From assembly GCA_016195665.1 (NCBI GenBank), contig JACPZD010000001.1:282848-346847 (forward strand): 64,000 nt of DNA, read 5' to 3'. Positions 30,115 to 41,965 of the stretch are shown here, piece by piece. Numbering within the stretch: the stretch's first letter is position 1; each line of letters begins with the position of its first letter. The notes beneath the pieces were generated by a model. It saw only the letters and a list, made by a program, of their open reading frames with translations. It had not been told where the DNA came from and did no database searches. A program made the translations under genes and the position numbers. This stretch comes from Gammaproteobacteria bacterium. Lineage in GTDB: Bacteria; Pseudomonadota; Gammaproteobacteria; SURF-13.

Positions 30115-31581
30115 TCAGTTTTGGCCGGTAGCCCGCCTGGCTTCGTCATTAACGGCCACCAGCCCTTGCTGGTTACACACATACGTACAGTTCCTCCCCG
30201 CCTTTTTGGCGGCATAGAGCGCCTGGTCTGCGTGGCTGAACAACCGGGTCAGCGAGACCTCCGGGTGATACAAGGTGGAGGCGACCCCTACGCTGATCGT
30301 CAAGGGAATATTTATAGGGTTCAGGGACTCAATACGTCGCCGCAGTTCCTCGGCCTGGGCCAGGGCTTCACTTTCTCCACAGTGTGGTACCAGGATGGCA
30401 AACTCCTCCCCGCCAAACCTTGCGACGATAGGGTCGCCCTCGGTGTGCCGGTAAGCTACTTCCCCCAGCCGCCTGCCGGTCTCCATTGCTTCCGCAGATT
30501 TAGTCCCTTCTATAAAATGCTGGCTGAGCGCCTGCGCGATCAAGACTAGTACACGATCTCCTGCGATATGGCCATAATTGTCGTTTATTTTCTTGAAATG
30601 GTCTATATCTATCAAATATACGCATAGCGGGCGGCTGGACTCTTTTTCGAGGCTGCGACTACCGTGGTCGAACAGGTAACGCCGGTTATGCGCCCCTGTC
30701 AGACTGTCCGTGGTGGCCAGACGGCTCATCTCCTCGGCCTGATGCTTAAGGGCGGTGAATTGCTGCTTGATGAGCAGCAGTGAACGTACCCGGGCCATGA
30801 GCACCTCGGCCACAATGGGCTTGGTGACAAAATCGTTCGCCCCGGCATGGAACACCTCAGCCTGCTTTTTCTCATTGCTGATGGAGGTGACCACCAACAC
30901 CGGCAGCTCTTGCTGGGAGTAACGTAGCTTGGTGCGGATGGCGTGCAGCAAATCGCCACCCGTCATTTTGCCCTTGAGGAAAAAGTCGGTGATGACGATG
31001 TCCACCTCCGGCTCGTCCTCCGGCGCGTTCCGCTCCAGCAGACTCAAGGCCTGTTCCGCGGTGCTGACCCGCTCCACCTGCAAACCGTGCGTTTCCATCA
31101 CACGGCGTGTGATCTCCGCGGCGGTGGGGCTGTCCTCCACATAAAGTACCCTGCCCACCAAACCGAGATTCCGCTGAGTGAAGGCCTTGATGAAGCTTAC
31201 AAACTCGGCATAACCCTGTGATTTATCAAAATAGTCCGTGACGCCGGCGGCAAAGCCTTCGCGCAGCAACCGGTCGTCCGCATTGCCTGAGACGACAATA
31301 ATGGGGGTATAGCGCTGGATGGCGGTCTCACGGATACGCCGGCTGAGGTCGAGGCCATCCATGTCGGGAAGCAACAGGGCGGTGGTGATGAGATCGAACT
31401 TGATGGTGGTAAGATAGCCCAAGGCCTCGCTTGCGGTGGCGCAGGCGGTGATGCGGGCATTGCCCATCTCCGCCCGCAGGCTGCGCGCAATCAGCGTGCG
31501 CGAGACCTCGGAGTCATCCACGATCATGATGCTTGTTGTTCGTTTTTCCACCCCAGTCTTACCCCTTCTTAAGTCAGCCAA
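30115..31581 (-). CDS. REC-REC-GGDEF diguanylate cyclase (PleD-like)
   Basis: Two receiver-like domains, DIDHFKKINDNYGH and RFGGEEF. Confidence 0.9.
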   Translation of the reverse strand: MADLRRGKTGVEKRTTSIMIVDDSEVSRTLIARSLRAEMGNARITACATASEALGYLTTIKFDLITTALLLPDMDGLDLSRRIRETAIQRYTPIIVVSGNADDRLLREGFAAGVTDYFDKSQGYAEFVSFIKAFTQRNLGLVGRVLYVEDSPTAAEITRRVMETHGLQVERVSTAEQALSLLERNAPEDEPEVDIVITDFFLKGKMTGGDLLHAIRTKLRYSQQELPVLVVTSISNEKKQAEVFHAGANDFVTKPIVAEVLMARVRSLLLIKQQFTALKHQAEEMSRLATTDSLTGAHNRRYLFDHGSRSLEKESSRPLCVYLIDIDHFKKINDNYGHIAGDRVLVLIAQALSQHFIEGTKSAEAMETGRRLGEVAYRHTEGDPIVARFGGEEFAILVPHCGESEALAQAEELRRRIESLNPINIPLTISVGVASTLYHPEVSLTRLFSHADQALYAAKKAGRNCTYVCNQQGLVAVNDEARRATGQN

Positions 31582-31622
31582 TACAACATCTGATAGGGCT
31601 CTGCATAATTCATACCAGGGTG

Positions 31623-32669
31623 TTACGTCGGCTCAATGGCGGCCAAGTGCCTGTGTACGGCCAGCAAAGCACCGAACAGGCCAAGCGCCCCTCCCAGGCT
31701 CAGCAACACGAGACTGCCTTTAAGGCTTAAGTGGATCAGTTGGAAATCGCTGCTATAAAGCCTCGCGAGCTGTTCTATTGGGCCGCGCAGCAGTCCCAGG
31801 GCAAGCGTCACCAGCGCCCAGGCGATGACCCCGCCGAGCAGCCCATAGCCGAGGCCAAGGTAGAGAAACGGGCGGCGGATAAAGGCATCGGTCGCGCCTA
31901 TCAGCTTGATGATCTCGATCTCCTCGCGGCGGTTTAGTATCGCCAGGCGGAGGGTGTTACTCACGATCAGCAACACGCCGAGCGCCAACAGACCGGCCAG
32001 CAGCGTCACGCCGCGCTCGACGACCCGCAGAATCGCCTCCAAACGCTGTAGCCATTGCATATCAAACTGCACGGCGTCGGCCTCGGGGAGCGCCCGTAGC
32101 GTGGTGAGCAGTTCCGTGACTGCCTGAGCCGGCGAAGTTCCTGCGGGAGGCGGCGTGGGATAGACCACTAGCAGAGCCGGCAGGGGATTCTCATCCAACA
32201 TCGCCAAGGCCTCGGCAAAACCGCTCTGTTTGCGCATCTCCTCGAACCCTTGAGAGCGGCTAATCAGCTTGACCTGCGACACACCCGGCAGCGTGCGCAA
32301 TCGCCCGGCGAGCGCGCTTGCCTGAGCGTCGCCGACCCCGGGCTTGAGAAAGACCGAAATCTGCCGCTCGTCGTGCCATTGTGTGCTATGCGCCTGAATA
32401 GGGCTCAATACCGCATACAGCCCGGCGGGCAAGGCGAGCGCGATGCCGATGACGGCGGCCGTCATTAAGGTGGCGATAGGGGAGCGGCTCAACTGTCCGA
32501 GCGTGGCGACAAACGCCTGCAGGTGTAACAGGATAAAGGCGCCAAAGCGGCGCCGGGGTGCGGGCGCAGAAAGTCTGGCTTCCGGTTGTTCCAACGGCCG
32601 TTGCAGCTTCTCGCGCGCAACGGGTGTCGCCCCCGTGCGGCGCCTACCGCTGCCGAAGAGATTCTTCAT
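31623..32669 (-). CDS. ftsX: Cell division permease FtsX
   Basis: ENPLP and NTLRL..NRREEIEI.KLIGATD.FIRRPF motifs. Confidence 0.95.
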   Translation of the reverse strand: MKNLFGSGRRRTGATPVAREKLQRPLEQPEARLSAPAPRRRFGAFILLHLQAFVATLGQLSRSPIATLMTAAVIGIALALPAGLYAVLSPIQAHSTQWHDERQISVFLKPGVGDAQASALAGRLRTLPGVSQVKLISRSQGFEEMRKQSGFAEALAMLDENPLPALLVVYPTPPPAGTSPAQAVTELLTTLRALPEADAVQFDMQWLQRLEAILRVVERGVTLLAGLLALGVLLIVSNTLRLAILNRREEIEIIKLIGATDAFIRRPFLYLGLGYGLLGGVIAWALVTLALGLLRGPIEQLARLYSSDFQLIHLSLKGSLVLLSLGGALGLFGALLAVHRHLAAIEPT

Positions 32670-33333
32670 GCGCCTTACTATCGCCGGTCAGCCGGCCGTT
32701 TTTGAGGGTGAGCGTGCGCTGCGACAGGCTCTCGATGAGGCTCACATCGTGGCTTGCAATCAGCACCGTTACACCGAACTGATTGAATTGCTGAAACAGC
32801 TTCATGATCTCGCGCGACAGCTCCGGGTCGAGATTGCCGGTCGGCTCGTCGGCGAGCAACAGCGGCGGCTTGTTGACCACGGCGCGGGCGATACCGACGC
32901 GCTGCTGCTCGCCGCCCGACAGGACCAGGGGATAGAACCGCTCCTTGCCGAGCAATCCCACCTTGTCCAGCGCGGCGCGCACCCGCCGGCCGGTCTCCGC
33001 TGCACCGAGGCCGGCGATCATCAGCGGCAGCGCGACATTGTCGAACACCGTGTGGTCATTGAGCAGCCTATGACTCTGGAAGACCATGCCGATGCTGCGG
33101 CGCAGATAAGGGATGCGCCGATTGCCGAGCGCCGACAGGTTTTGTCCGTTGACGATGATCTGACCGCTGCTCGCGCGCTCCAGCAGGGTGATGAGCTTCA
33201 GCACCGTGCTTTTGCCGGCGCCGGAGTGGCCGGTGAGGAAGGCCATCTCGCCGCGCTGGAGTTCAAAATCCAGTCGGTTCAGCGCCTCATAACCGCCGGG
33301 ATAGCGCTTGGAGACCTGGTGGAAGTGGATCAT
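32644..33333 (-). CDS. ftsE: Cell division ATP-binding protein FtsE
   Basis: [17 protein letters not shown] and [11 protein letters not shown] motifs. Confidence 0.96.
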   Translation of the reverse strand: MIHFHQVSKRYPGGYEALNRLDFELQRGEMAFLTGHSGAGKSTVLKLITLLERASSGQIIVNGQNLSALGNRRIPYLRRSIGMVFQSHRLLNDHTVFDNVALPLMIAGLGAAETGRRVRAALDKVGLLGKERFYPLVLSGGEQQRVGIARAVVNKPPLLLADEPTGNLDPELSREIMKLFQQFNQFGVTVLIASHDVSLIESLSQRTLTLKNGRLTGDSKAHEESLRQR

Positions 33334-33337
33334 AACT

Positions 33338-33384
33338 GTAGGTGCGAATTCATTCGCATATCGGCCGAATAAATTCGGCCCTAC
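33338..33384. repeat. GTAG-type REP-like doublet
   Basis: GTAGGTGCGAATTCATTCGCA...GGCCGAATAAATTCGGCCCTAC. It contains the ftsY stop codon. A partial relative lies near 46650. Confidence 0.65.
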
Positions 33385-34463
33385 CCATTTTCAAACAACG
33401 CCTCCACGAATTCCGCGGCGTTGAATTCACGTAGATCTTCTATCCCTTCGCCGACGCCGATGTAGCGTATAGGCAAACCGAGTTTCTTGGCGATGGCGAA
33501 GATGACGCCGCCCTTGGCGGTACCGTCGAGTTTGGTGAGGATGACGCCGGTCACGCCCACCGCCTGGTGAAATTGACTTGCCTGGGTCAGGGCGTTCTGG
33601 CCGGTGCCGGCATCCAGCACCAGCAGCACCTCATGGGGCGCGCCGGGGTCGGCCTTGGCGATCACCCGTTTGACCTTTTTCAGTTCCTCCATCAGATTGC
33701 CTTGGGTGTGCAGGCGGCCCGCAGTGTCGGCGATCAGCACGTCCGTACCGCGCGCCTTGGCGGCCTGTATAGCGTCGTAGATCACCGAGGCGGAATCCGC
33801 GCCGCTGTGCTGAGCGATCACCGGAATGGCGTTGCGCTCACCCCAGACCTGCAACTGTTCGATGGCTGCGGCGCGAAAGGTGTCGCCGGCGGCCAGCAGC
33901 ACCGAGTGGCCCTGGCCTTGCAACCGCTTGGCGAGTTTGCCGATGCTGGTGGTCTTGCCCGCGCCGTTGATGCCAACCATCAGTATCACAAACGGCCGCA
34001 CGCCTGGGATTATCTCTAGGGGACGGCTGCACGGCTCCAGGATGGCAAACAGGTCTGCGCGCAGCGCGGCAAATAGGGCCGCCGCATCGCTTAATTGACG
34101 CCGCGCCACGCGCGCAGTCAGATCCTCGATGATCGCCTGCGTCGCCTCCACGCCAAGATCGGCGCTCAACAACTGCGTCTCGATCTCCTCCAACAGCGCC
34201 CCGTCAATCTGCCGCTTACCGAGCACCAGCCGGGAGAGGCCCTCGCCCAGGTTGCTGCGGGTGCGGCCGAGCGAGGTCTTGAGACGCGAGAACAGGCCCC
34301 GCCCCGTTGCGGCGGGAGACTCGACGCCGGCGGTCGCTCCCGGCATCCTGCCTCCCGCGACATTAGTAGGACCCTTCGCTGGCGCTCTTCCCTGTACGTC
34401 AGAGCTTGCGTCACCCGTCGCGGCGGCCGAGGGTGGCGATTTGTCTTTTCTGAAACTGAACAT
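33381..34463 (-). CDS. ftsY: SRP receptor FtsY
   Basis: GAGKTT, DTFRAAA, DTAGR and [10 protein letters not shown] motifs. Confidence 0.97.
   Translation of the reverse strand: MFSFRKDKSPPSAAATGDASSDVQGRAPAKGPTNVAGGRMPGATAGVESPAATGRGLFSRLKTSLGRTRSNLGEGLSRLVLGKRQIDGALLEEIETQLLSADLGVEATQAIIEDLTARVARRQLSDAAALFAALRADLFAILEPCSRPLEIIPGVRPFVILMVGINGAGKTTSIGKLAKRLQGQGHSVLLAAGDTFRAAAIEQLQVWGERNAIPVIAQHSGADSASVIYDAIQAAKARGTDVLIADTAGRLHTQGNLMEELKKVKRVIAKADPGAPHEVLLVLDAGTGQNALTQASQFHQAVGVTGVILTKLDGTAKGGVIFAIAKKLGLPIRYIGVGEGIEDLREFNAAEFVEALFENG
34332..34401 (-). repeat. Palindromic repeat element inserted in-frame in ftsY (copy 2)
   Basis: Identical 13-bp and 37-bp blocks to 4144-4195. Encodes DVQGR...[12 protein letters not shown]. 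Confidence 0.85.
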
Positions 34464-34544
34464 GGCTTTTTAGGTCATAGGATGCGCTGGATACGTTATC
34501 CTATCACTCAGGCCAGGGTTAGACGAACCATAAGGATTTATCAG

Positions 34545-35927
34545 ATGCCCAGATTATTTCTCATCATACTGCTCTGCGCCGCTTGGACGGCCGCCGCCTC
34601 GCCTGGCGAGGTCCATGAATTCAAACTGGACAACGGTCTTAAATTGATCGTCAAGGAGGATCACCGCGCGCCGGTGGTCGTCTCACAGGTCTGGTACAAG
34701 GTCGGCTCCAGCTACGAGCACAGCGGCGTCACCGGGCTATCGCATGTACTGGAACACATGATGTTCAAGGGCACCCGCAAACACGGTCCCAATGAGGCCT
34801 CGCGCATCATCTCCGCCAACGGCGGCCGGGAAAACGCCTTCACCGGCCGCGACTACACGGCGTATTACCAGCAACTGGAAAAATCGCGCCTGCCGGTGAG
34901 CTTCGAACTGGAGTCCGACCGCATGCGCAACCTGCTGCTCAAGCAGGAGGAGTTCGTCAAGGAGGTCCAAGTGGTGATGGAGGAGCGCCGGCTGCGCACC
35001 GACGACGACCCCGAATCGCTCACCTATGAGCATTTCGCCGCCACGGCGTTTCATAACGGCCCTTACCAGAACCCGGTGATCGGCTGGATGGACGATCTCG
35101 AGAATATGACTCTCGATGATTTGAAGCAGTGGTACAAAACCTGGTATGCGCCCAACAACGCCACCGTGGTGGTGGTAGGCGATGTGCAGCCCGAGGAGGT
35201 GTTTGCTCTCGCCAAGAAATATTTTGGGCCGCTCAAACCCAGTAAATTGATGCCGCTTAAACCGCGCCGCGAGGTCGAGCAAAAGGGCCTACGGCGGGCG
35301 ATAGTGAAGGCCCCGGCCGAGCTGCCATATCTCATCATGGGTTACCAGACGCCGTCGCTGACTGCTGCGCAAGACACGGACTGGGAACCCTATGCCCTGG
35401 AGGTGTTGTCGGGAATTCTGTCCGGCGGCAACAGCGCGCGACTCGCCAAGCACCTGGTGCGCGAAGAACGCATCGCCGCGAGCGCCGGTGCGGGGTATAA
35501 CCTGTATTCCCGCGTCCCTGATCTGTTCACGATCGAGGGCACGCCCGCACAGGGCCGCAGCGTCGCCGAGCTTGAGCAGGCGCTGCGTGACCAGATCAAA
35601 CGCCTGCAGGACGAGCCAGTGAGCGAGGCGGAGCTTGCCCGCATCAAGGCGCAGGTCGTGGCCGGCAAGGTCTATGAGCAGGACTCCACCTTCGGCCAGG
35701 CGATGCAGATCGGAACCTTGGTGACCGTCGGCCTCGACTGGCGGTTGCAGGATAGCTATCTCGATCGCATCAACGCGGTCACCGCACAACAGATCCAACA
35801 GGTCGCGCGTAATTATCTGAACGACGACCGGCTCACCGTCGCAGTGCTGGAACCGCTCCCCCTCGACCCCAACAAGAAACCGCGCGGGCCGTCGGACGGT
35901 CACTTAGGAGGCGGCAATGTACGTTAG
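34545..35927 (+). CDS. M16 (pitrilysin-family) zinc peptidase, catalytic subunit
   Basis: HVLEHMMFKG, NAFT and EERR motifs. Signal peptide starts at ATG 34545. Confidence 0.92.
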   Translation: MPRLFLIILLCAAWTAAASPGEVHEFKLDNGLKLIVKEDHRAPVVVSQVWYKVGSSYEHSGVTGLSHVLEHMMFKGTRKHGPNEASRIISANGGRENAFTGRDYTAYYQQLEKSRLPVSFELESDRMRNLLLKQEEFVKEVQVVMEERRLRTDDDPESLTYEHFAATAFHNGPYQNPVIGWMDDLENMTLDDLKQWYKTWYAPNNATVVVVGDVQPEEVFALAKKYFGPLKPSKLMPLKPRREVEQKGLRRAIVKAPAELPYLIMGYQTPSLTAAQDTDWEPYALEVLSGILSGGNSARLAKHLVREERIAASAGAGYNLYSRVPDLFTIEGTPAQGRSVAELEQALRDQIKRLQDEPVSEAELARIKAQVVAGKVYEQDSTFGQAMQIGTLVTVGLDWRLQDSYLDRINAVTAQQIQQVARNYLNDDRLTVAVLEPLPLDPNKKPRGPSDGHLGGGNVR

Positions 35928-37285
35928 GTTATGGAACCCCCTCACCCCTCACCCCTCACGCCTCACGCCTGACTCTGCCGTAAGCAGTACGGTTACGCGA
36001 TGGATTCTGTTTTTGTTCTTGCTGCTGCCCCTGGCAGCCCAAGCCGGGCCGCAGATTGAACAGTGGCAAACCCAAAACGGCGCGCGCGTCTACTTTGTCG
36101 CAGCGCCGGAATTACCCATGGTGGACGTGCGGATGGTGTTTGATGCGGGCAGCGCACGCGACGGCGGCAAGCCCGGGCTCGCCGCGCTGACCAACGGCCT
36201 GCTCGACGACGGCGCCAAGACGGCTGACGGCGAGCTTAACGCCGATCAGATTGCTGAGCGCTTCGCCGATCTCGGCGCGCAATTCGGCACCGGCGCGGAC
36301 CGTGACATGGCGAGCATCAGCCTGCGCAGCCTGACCAAATCCGAGCTGCTGCAGCCGGCCTTGCAGACCGTCGCGACGATCCTGACGCAGCCGAGCTTTC
36401 CGCAAAATGGCTTCGAGCGCGAGCAGAGCCGGGTGCTTACCCATCTCCAGGCGCAAGAACAATCCCCCGGCGAGATAGCCGGCAAGACCTTCTTTAAGGC
36501 CGTGTACGGCGAACATCCGTATGCCACGCAGGCGCTCGGCAATCCGGACAGCATAAAGCAACTCACCCGCGATGACCTGATCGCCTTTCACAACCGCTAT
36601 TACGTGGCGCGCAATGCCGTGGTCGCCATCGTCGGCGCGGTCACGCGCAAGGAGGCGGAGGCTATTGCCGGGACGCTGGCAGGCAAGCTGCCCGAAGGCG
36701 AGGCCGCCCCGGCACTGCCAAAGGTGGCCGGCCTGGAGAGCGCCCAGAACGTGCAGATTCCGTACAGCTCCGCACAGACCCACATCCTGGTCGGCCAGCC
36801 CGGCATCAGCCGCAACGACCCCGACTATTTCCCGCTGGTCGTCGGCAATCACATCCTCGGCGGCAACGGCCTGGTCGCACGGCTTGCCGAGGAAATCCGC
36901 GAAAAGCGCGGACTCTCCTACAGCACCTATAGTTACTTCCAGCCGATGCGTGAACCGGGGCCATACACCCTCGGCCTGCAAACCCGCAACGAACAGACCG
37001 AAGCGGCCCTCAAGGTGTTACGAGATACGCTGAAAAACTACGTCGAGAATGGCCCGACTCCCGCCGAGCTCAAAGCCGCCAAGCAGAATATCACCGGCGG
37101 CTTTGCGCTGCGCATAGACAGCAACGCCAATCTGCTCGACTATCTTGCGCTGATCGGTTTTTACCAGTTGCCGCTCGACTACCTGGACGGCTACAACCGC
37201 AAGGTCGAGCAGGTTACCCTGGAACAGATCCGCGACGCCTTTAAGCGCCGCATCAAACCTGAACAGATGGTCACGGTCATCGTCG

Positions 37286-37314
<29 letters not shown>
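35917..37314 (+). CDS. M16 peptidase partner subunit (lacks HxxEH)
   Basis: FDAGS.RD and EIREKRGLSYS motifs, adjacent to the catalytic subunit. Confidence 0.88.
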
Positions 37315-38364
<1,050 letters not shown>

Positions 38365-38365
38365 G

Positions 38366-40036
38366 ATGCAGTGGCGAGCGCGGCTACTGCTACTCCTGAT
38401 CGTTACGATCGGGACCCAGGCACTCGCCGACCAACCATCCGCCGCCGCCATCGCCAGCGCCCATCCGCTCGCCACCCGGGCCGGCCATGAAGTCCTCTCC
38501 GCGGGCGGCAATGCCTTTGATGCAGCGGTCGCGGTGACGGCGGCGCTCGCCGTCGTCGAGCCGATGAGCTCCGGTCTGGGCGGCGGTGGTTTCTGGCTGC
38601 TGCACCGTGTCAGGGATGGCTTTGAAACCATGCTGGACGGGCGCGAAAAGGCCCCGCTCGCCGCGCGGCGCGACATGTACCTCGATGACAGTGGAGAAGT
38701 CGTCTCGAATCTCTCCGTGGACGGCGCGCTGGCCGCCGGCATTCCCGGCACACCTGCGGCCATCGTGCATCTCGCCCAACATTATGGAAGGCTGCCGCTC
38801 AAAAAGAGTCTCGCTCCCGCCATTAAATTTGCGCGCGCCGGCTTTGCCGTCAATGAATCGTATCGGGGCATGGCCGGTTTTCGTCTCAATGCGCTGCGTG
38901 CATCACCTGCGGCAGCCGCCGTGTTCTTGCACAACAACGAAGTCCCGGAACCCGGTTATCTCATTAAACAGCCCGACCTGGCAAAAACATTGGAGAACAT
39001 CGCAGTGCATGGCGTAAACGGATTTTACGGCGGAACTGTTGCGCAACGCTTGGTGGACGGCGTGCGCAGCGCGGGCGGCATCTGGTCACTCGATGATTTC
39101 GCCAACTATAGCGTAATGGAGCGTAAACCTGTACGCGGCAACTATCATGGGATAAAAATAACCACCGCCGCCCCGCCTTCCTCGGGCGGTGTCGCGCTGC
39201 TCACTACGCTTAATATCCTGGCAGGCTATAAATTCGACGAACTACCGGCTCTCACCCGCACGCACCTCACCCTAGAAGCCATGCGCCGCGCCTACCGTGA
39301 CCGCGCCGAGTATTTGGGTGACCCGGACTACGTCAAGGTGGACGTGGCGCAACTCACCCATCCGTTCTACGCCGCGGGCCTGCGCGCCTCCATCCGCAGC
39401 GACCGAGCCATGCCCAGCGCCAGCCTGCCGGGACAAAATCCCCTGATCCCGGCGGTTGGAGACACTACGCATTTCTCGGTGCTCGACAAAGAAGGCAATC
39501 GCGTCGCCGCGACGATGAGTATCAACTTCCCCTTCGGTTCGGGTTTTATGGCCCCCGGCACGGGTGTATTGCTAAACGATGAGATGGACGACTTTTCCGC
39601 CAAGCCGGGGGCGCCGAATGTCTACGGCCTGGTGGGCGGGGAGGCCAATGCCATTGCGCCCGGCAAACGACCGCTCTCGAGTATGACACCGACCTTTCTG
39701 GAGGATAAGCGTGGCGTGGCGATCCTCGGCACGCCCGGCGGCAGCCGGATTATCTCGATGGTTTTACTCGCCACGCTGGACCATGCAGCCGGTCATGAAC
39801 CGGAGTCCTGGGTAACTTTGCCACGGTATCACCACCAGTTTCTGCCCGATGCGGTGCAATATGAACCTGGCGCGTTTTCCAGGGAACTGGTTACGGGTCT
39901 TGAAAAGATGGGCCACACGTTAGAGCCCCTGGAACGGCCCTACGGCAACATGCAGGCGGTGTTCTGGGACCGGCGAAACAGGACCGTCAAGGCCGCCAGC
40001 GACCCGCGCGGGATAGGGCAGGCAGAGGTCCGCTAG
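38366..40036 (+). CDS. ggt: Gamma-glutamyltransferase
   Basis: GGNAFDAA, TTHFS nucleophile, LNDEMDDF, RPLSSMTP and GTPGG. Start at ATG 38366. Confidence 0.95.
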   Translation: MQWRARLLLLLIVTIGTQALADQPSAAAIASAHPLATRAGHEVLSAGGNAFDAAVAVTAALAVVEPMSSGLGGGGFWLLHRVRDGFETMLDGREKAPLAARRDMYLDDSGEVVSNLSVDGALAAGIPGTPAAIVHLAQHYGRLPLKKSLAPAIKFARAGFAVNESYRGMAGFRLNALRASPAAAAVFLHNNEVPEPGYLIKQPDLAKTLENIAVHGVNGFYGGTVAQRLVDGVRSAGGIWSLDDFANYSVMERKPVRGNYHGIKITTAAPPSSGGVALLTTLNILAGYKFDELPALTRTHLTLEAMRRAYRDRAEYLGDPDYVKVDVAQLTHPFYAAGLRASIRSDRAMPSASLPGQNPLIPAVGDTTHFSVLDKEGNRVAATMSINFPFGSGFMAPGTGVLLNDEMDDFSAKPGAPNVYGLVGGEANAIAPGKRPLSSMTPTFLEDKRGVAILGTPGGSRIISMVLLATLDHAAGHEPESWVTLPRYHHQFLPDAVQYEPGAFSRELVTGLEKMGHTLEPLERPYGNMQAVFWDRRNRTVKAASDPRGIGQAEVR

Positions 40037-40128
40037 CTGCCTCGGACCACCTTGCGCCGTACCGGCGGGTTGACTATAATGGCTTTCATTTTTAGCACTT
40101 TTAACTCACATAACCGTAGGAGCCCTCC

Positions 40129-40236
40129 ATGCCTGCATCCATGATTATTCCGATCATTATTTTCGGCGGCTTTATCTTGCTTGCTATCGCGATCACCAAC
40201 GTCGCGCTGAAGAATCTCACCCCGCCCAGAAAGTAA
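40129..40236 (+). CDS. Small single-TM protein (35 aa, not in the ORF track)
   Basis: AGGAG RBS then MPASMIIPIIIFGGFILLAIAITNVALKNLTPPRK*. Confidence 0.65.
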   Translation: MPASMIIPIIIFGGFILLAIAITNVALKNLTPPRK

Positions 40237-40351
40237 ATCGCGTAGGTCAGGCTGCGCAAGCCCAACCCCGCCCGTCGCGTTGCTTCGCAACGCGGCTTAT
40301 CCCTGAGCTACCGGCAGGCTAGAGCACCCCTGTCCGGTAGCTGTTGCCAAC

Positions 40352-40873
40352 ATGTCCGTAATGCACAAATCGCCCCCCCATCCACTTATAAAGTTCGTCG
40401 TGATGTCGGCCGTGTTCTTTCTTGTCGGCACCGTACACGGCGTGCTGCAGGTGATACACCCGATTCGCGTCTGGCTGGACTCCATCGGCAGCCCCTACGG
40501 CGGACCCGGCCACATGATAGACCCGCTCGCCCACGCCCATATCAACATGGTCGGCGGCGTGGTGCTGCTGGTGATGGCTGCAAGCTATTATTTACTCCCC
40601 GTGTTGTCCAACCGTCCGCTCTATTCCCTGCGGCTGGTGAATCACACCTTCTGGTGGGTCAGCCTCGGGGTGACCGGTTTTTACAGCACGCTGCTGTTCT
40701 TCGGCATCTGGGAAGGTTTTTTGTATCTCGAGCATCCCGCAAAGGTGGAAGAGGCCCATCGTTATTACCCGCCCGTCATCGCGGCGGTTTCCACCGTGAT
40801 GGGTATTGGTTTTTGGTGTTATTTCGCCAATATCTTCTTGACGGCCAGGGATATCTATAAAAGCCGTCCATGA
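40352..40873 (+). CDS. Stand-alone 4-TM protein resembling heme-copper oxidase subunit I helices IX-XII
   Basis: AHAHINMVG and YYLLP....RPLYSLRLVNHTFW parallel the CcoN C-terminal third. Confidence 0.7.
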   Translation: MSVMHKSPPHPLIKFVVMSAVFFLVGTVHGVLQVIHPIRVWLDSIGSPYGGPGHMIDPLAHAHINMVGGVVLLVMAASYYLLPVLSNRPLYSLRLVNHTFWWVSLGVTGFYSTLLFFGIWEGFLYLEHPAKVEEAHRYYPPVIAAVSTVMGIGFWCYFANIFLTARDIYKSRP

Positions 40874-41388
40874 GGCTTGAGTGCAACTGCCCCGGGAGCT
40901 TCCCCGGCTGGCACGATCAGGACATCAATCTAGCCGGACAACTAGTGCATACGGTGTCCGCACCGATGTTTCTACACATGCCGATGGGTTACGAACTGCA
41001 GGTAAAGCGGCAGCAGCAGACGCTGGAACGCCTCAACCTCACCGAACGCTGGCCCGGCTTGGTGCTGATGCGCACCGGCCTGTTGCGCGGAAAGCTCCTG
41101 CGGCTGCTGGAACCCGCGACCTCACCCGCGCGCGGACTGGAGTATCTTCCCAACCCTTTTCAGGTGCGCGGATTTTTACATGAGGGCGGTATCGGCAGCC
41201 TTGCACTAAGCGTGCGCCGGATGCAAAGTGCCCTGGTGCAATCGGGGAAACGGCCGCTGGAGTTGTACCTCAGTCATCTCACCTGCCCGCGCTGCGCGGC
41301 GGCGCGAGGCGGCGAAAAGATTTTATTGCTGCGCCACTGGGTGGAAAGCCCGGCGTTGCTAAAGCGGGTGAACCGGAAGGCGCGCTAG
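40870..41388 (+). CDS. Hypothetical soluble protein with CxC and CxxC motifs
   Basis: Translationally coupled (ATGA) to the upstream gene. Contains CNCP and TCPRC. Confidence 0.7.
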   Translation: MRLECNCPGSFPGWHDQDINLAGQLVHTVSAPMFLHMPMGYELQVKRQQQTLERLNLTERWPGLVLMRTGLLRGKLLRLLEPATSPARGLEYLPNPFQVRGFLHEGGIGSLALSVRRMQSALVQSGKRPLELYLSHLTCPRCAAARGGEKILLLRHWVESPALLKRVNRKAR

Positions 41389-41414
41389 GCGTTAGCCGTA
41401 ACCCGCCGAAGACG

Positions 41415-41488
41415 CTTCACCGCAGAGGACACGGAGGGGAAGCAAACCAGTATTTTATCGTATTCCTCCGCGTCCTCTGCGGTAAAAA
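41415..41488. repeat. Intergenic palindromic repeat (same family as 13377-13469)
   Basis: CTTCACCGCAGAGGACACGGAGG / TTCCTCCGCGTCCTCTGCGGTAAA. Confidence 0.7.
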
Positions 41489-41500
41489 TGGCTTCTATGC

Positions 41501-41887
41501 TCAGTTTGACGTTGCCGCAGCTCGCGGCAACGGATAGCGCAACACCGTTTCATCCGCACCATGCTTAAGCCGTACCTGCAGGGTCTGCGGCCCATCCCCC
41601 ACGTTCAGCGCACGGCGGTATACCCCGGTATGGCCGTCCTGGATGGACTGCACCCACGGATCTGCGTCACTCATGCGGATAGACACCAACAGATCGTGCG
41701 CGGCGCGGCGCGGCGGGCGCGTCCCCGACACCAGAAATTCATTCATCCCCACCACCACCGGAGCTGGGCGCGTCTCCACCCCGATCACGACATCTTGCCA
41801 GCGTTGTACAGGTAACCGTGATTCATCAGTCCCGCAGGCCACGGCGCACACGGATAATAGCGCCATGACTAACGATCTTACAGCCAT
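41501..41887 (-). CDS. Putative lipoprotein (possibly FixH/YtkA-like Ig fold)
   Basis: Lipobox-like AVAC, a beta-rich sequence and QDGHTGVYR. Confidence 0.6.
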   Translation of the reverse strand: MAVRSLVMALLSVCAVACGTDESRLPVQRWQDVVIGVETRPAPVVVGMNEFLVSGTRPPRRAAHDLLVSIRMSDADPWVQSIQDGHTGVYRRALNVGDGPQTLQVRLKHGADETVLRYPLPRAAATSN

Positions 41888-41905
41888 AGGGCGCGGCTAA
41901 TAGTT

Positions 41906-41965
41906 TGTTGAAAAAGGCCATCCTGGGCCTTTTTCAACACGCAAGCTGTTTTTCAACAGCCTGCT
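41906..41965. mobile_element. Shortened MITE copy (same ends as 28971-29126)
   Basis: TGTTGAAAAAGGCC...CTTTTTCAACACG...GCTGTTTTTCAACAGCCTGCT. Confidence 0.7.
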
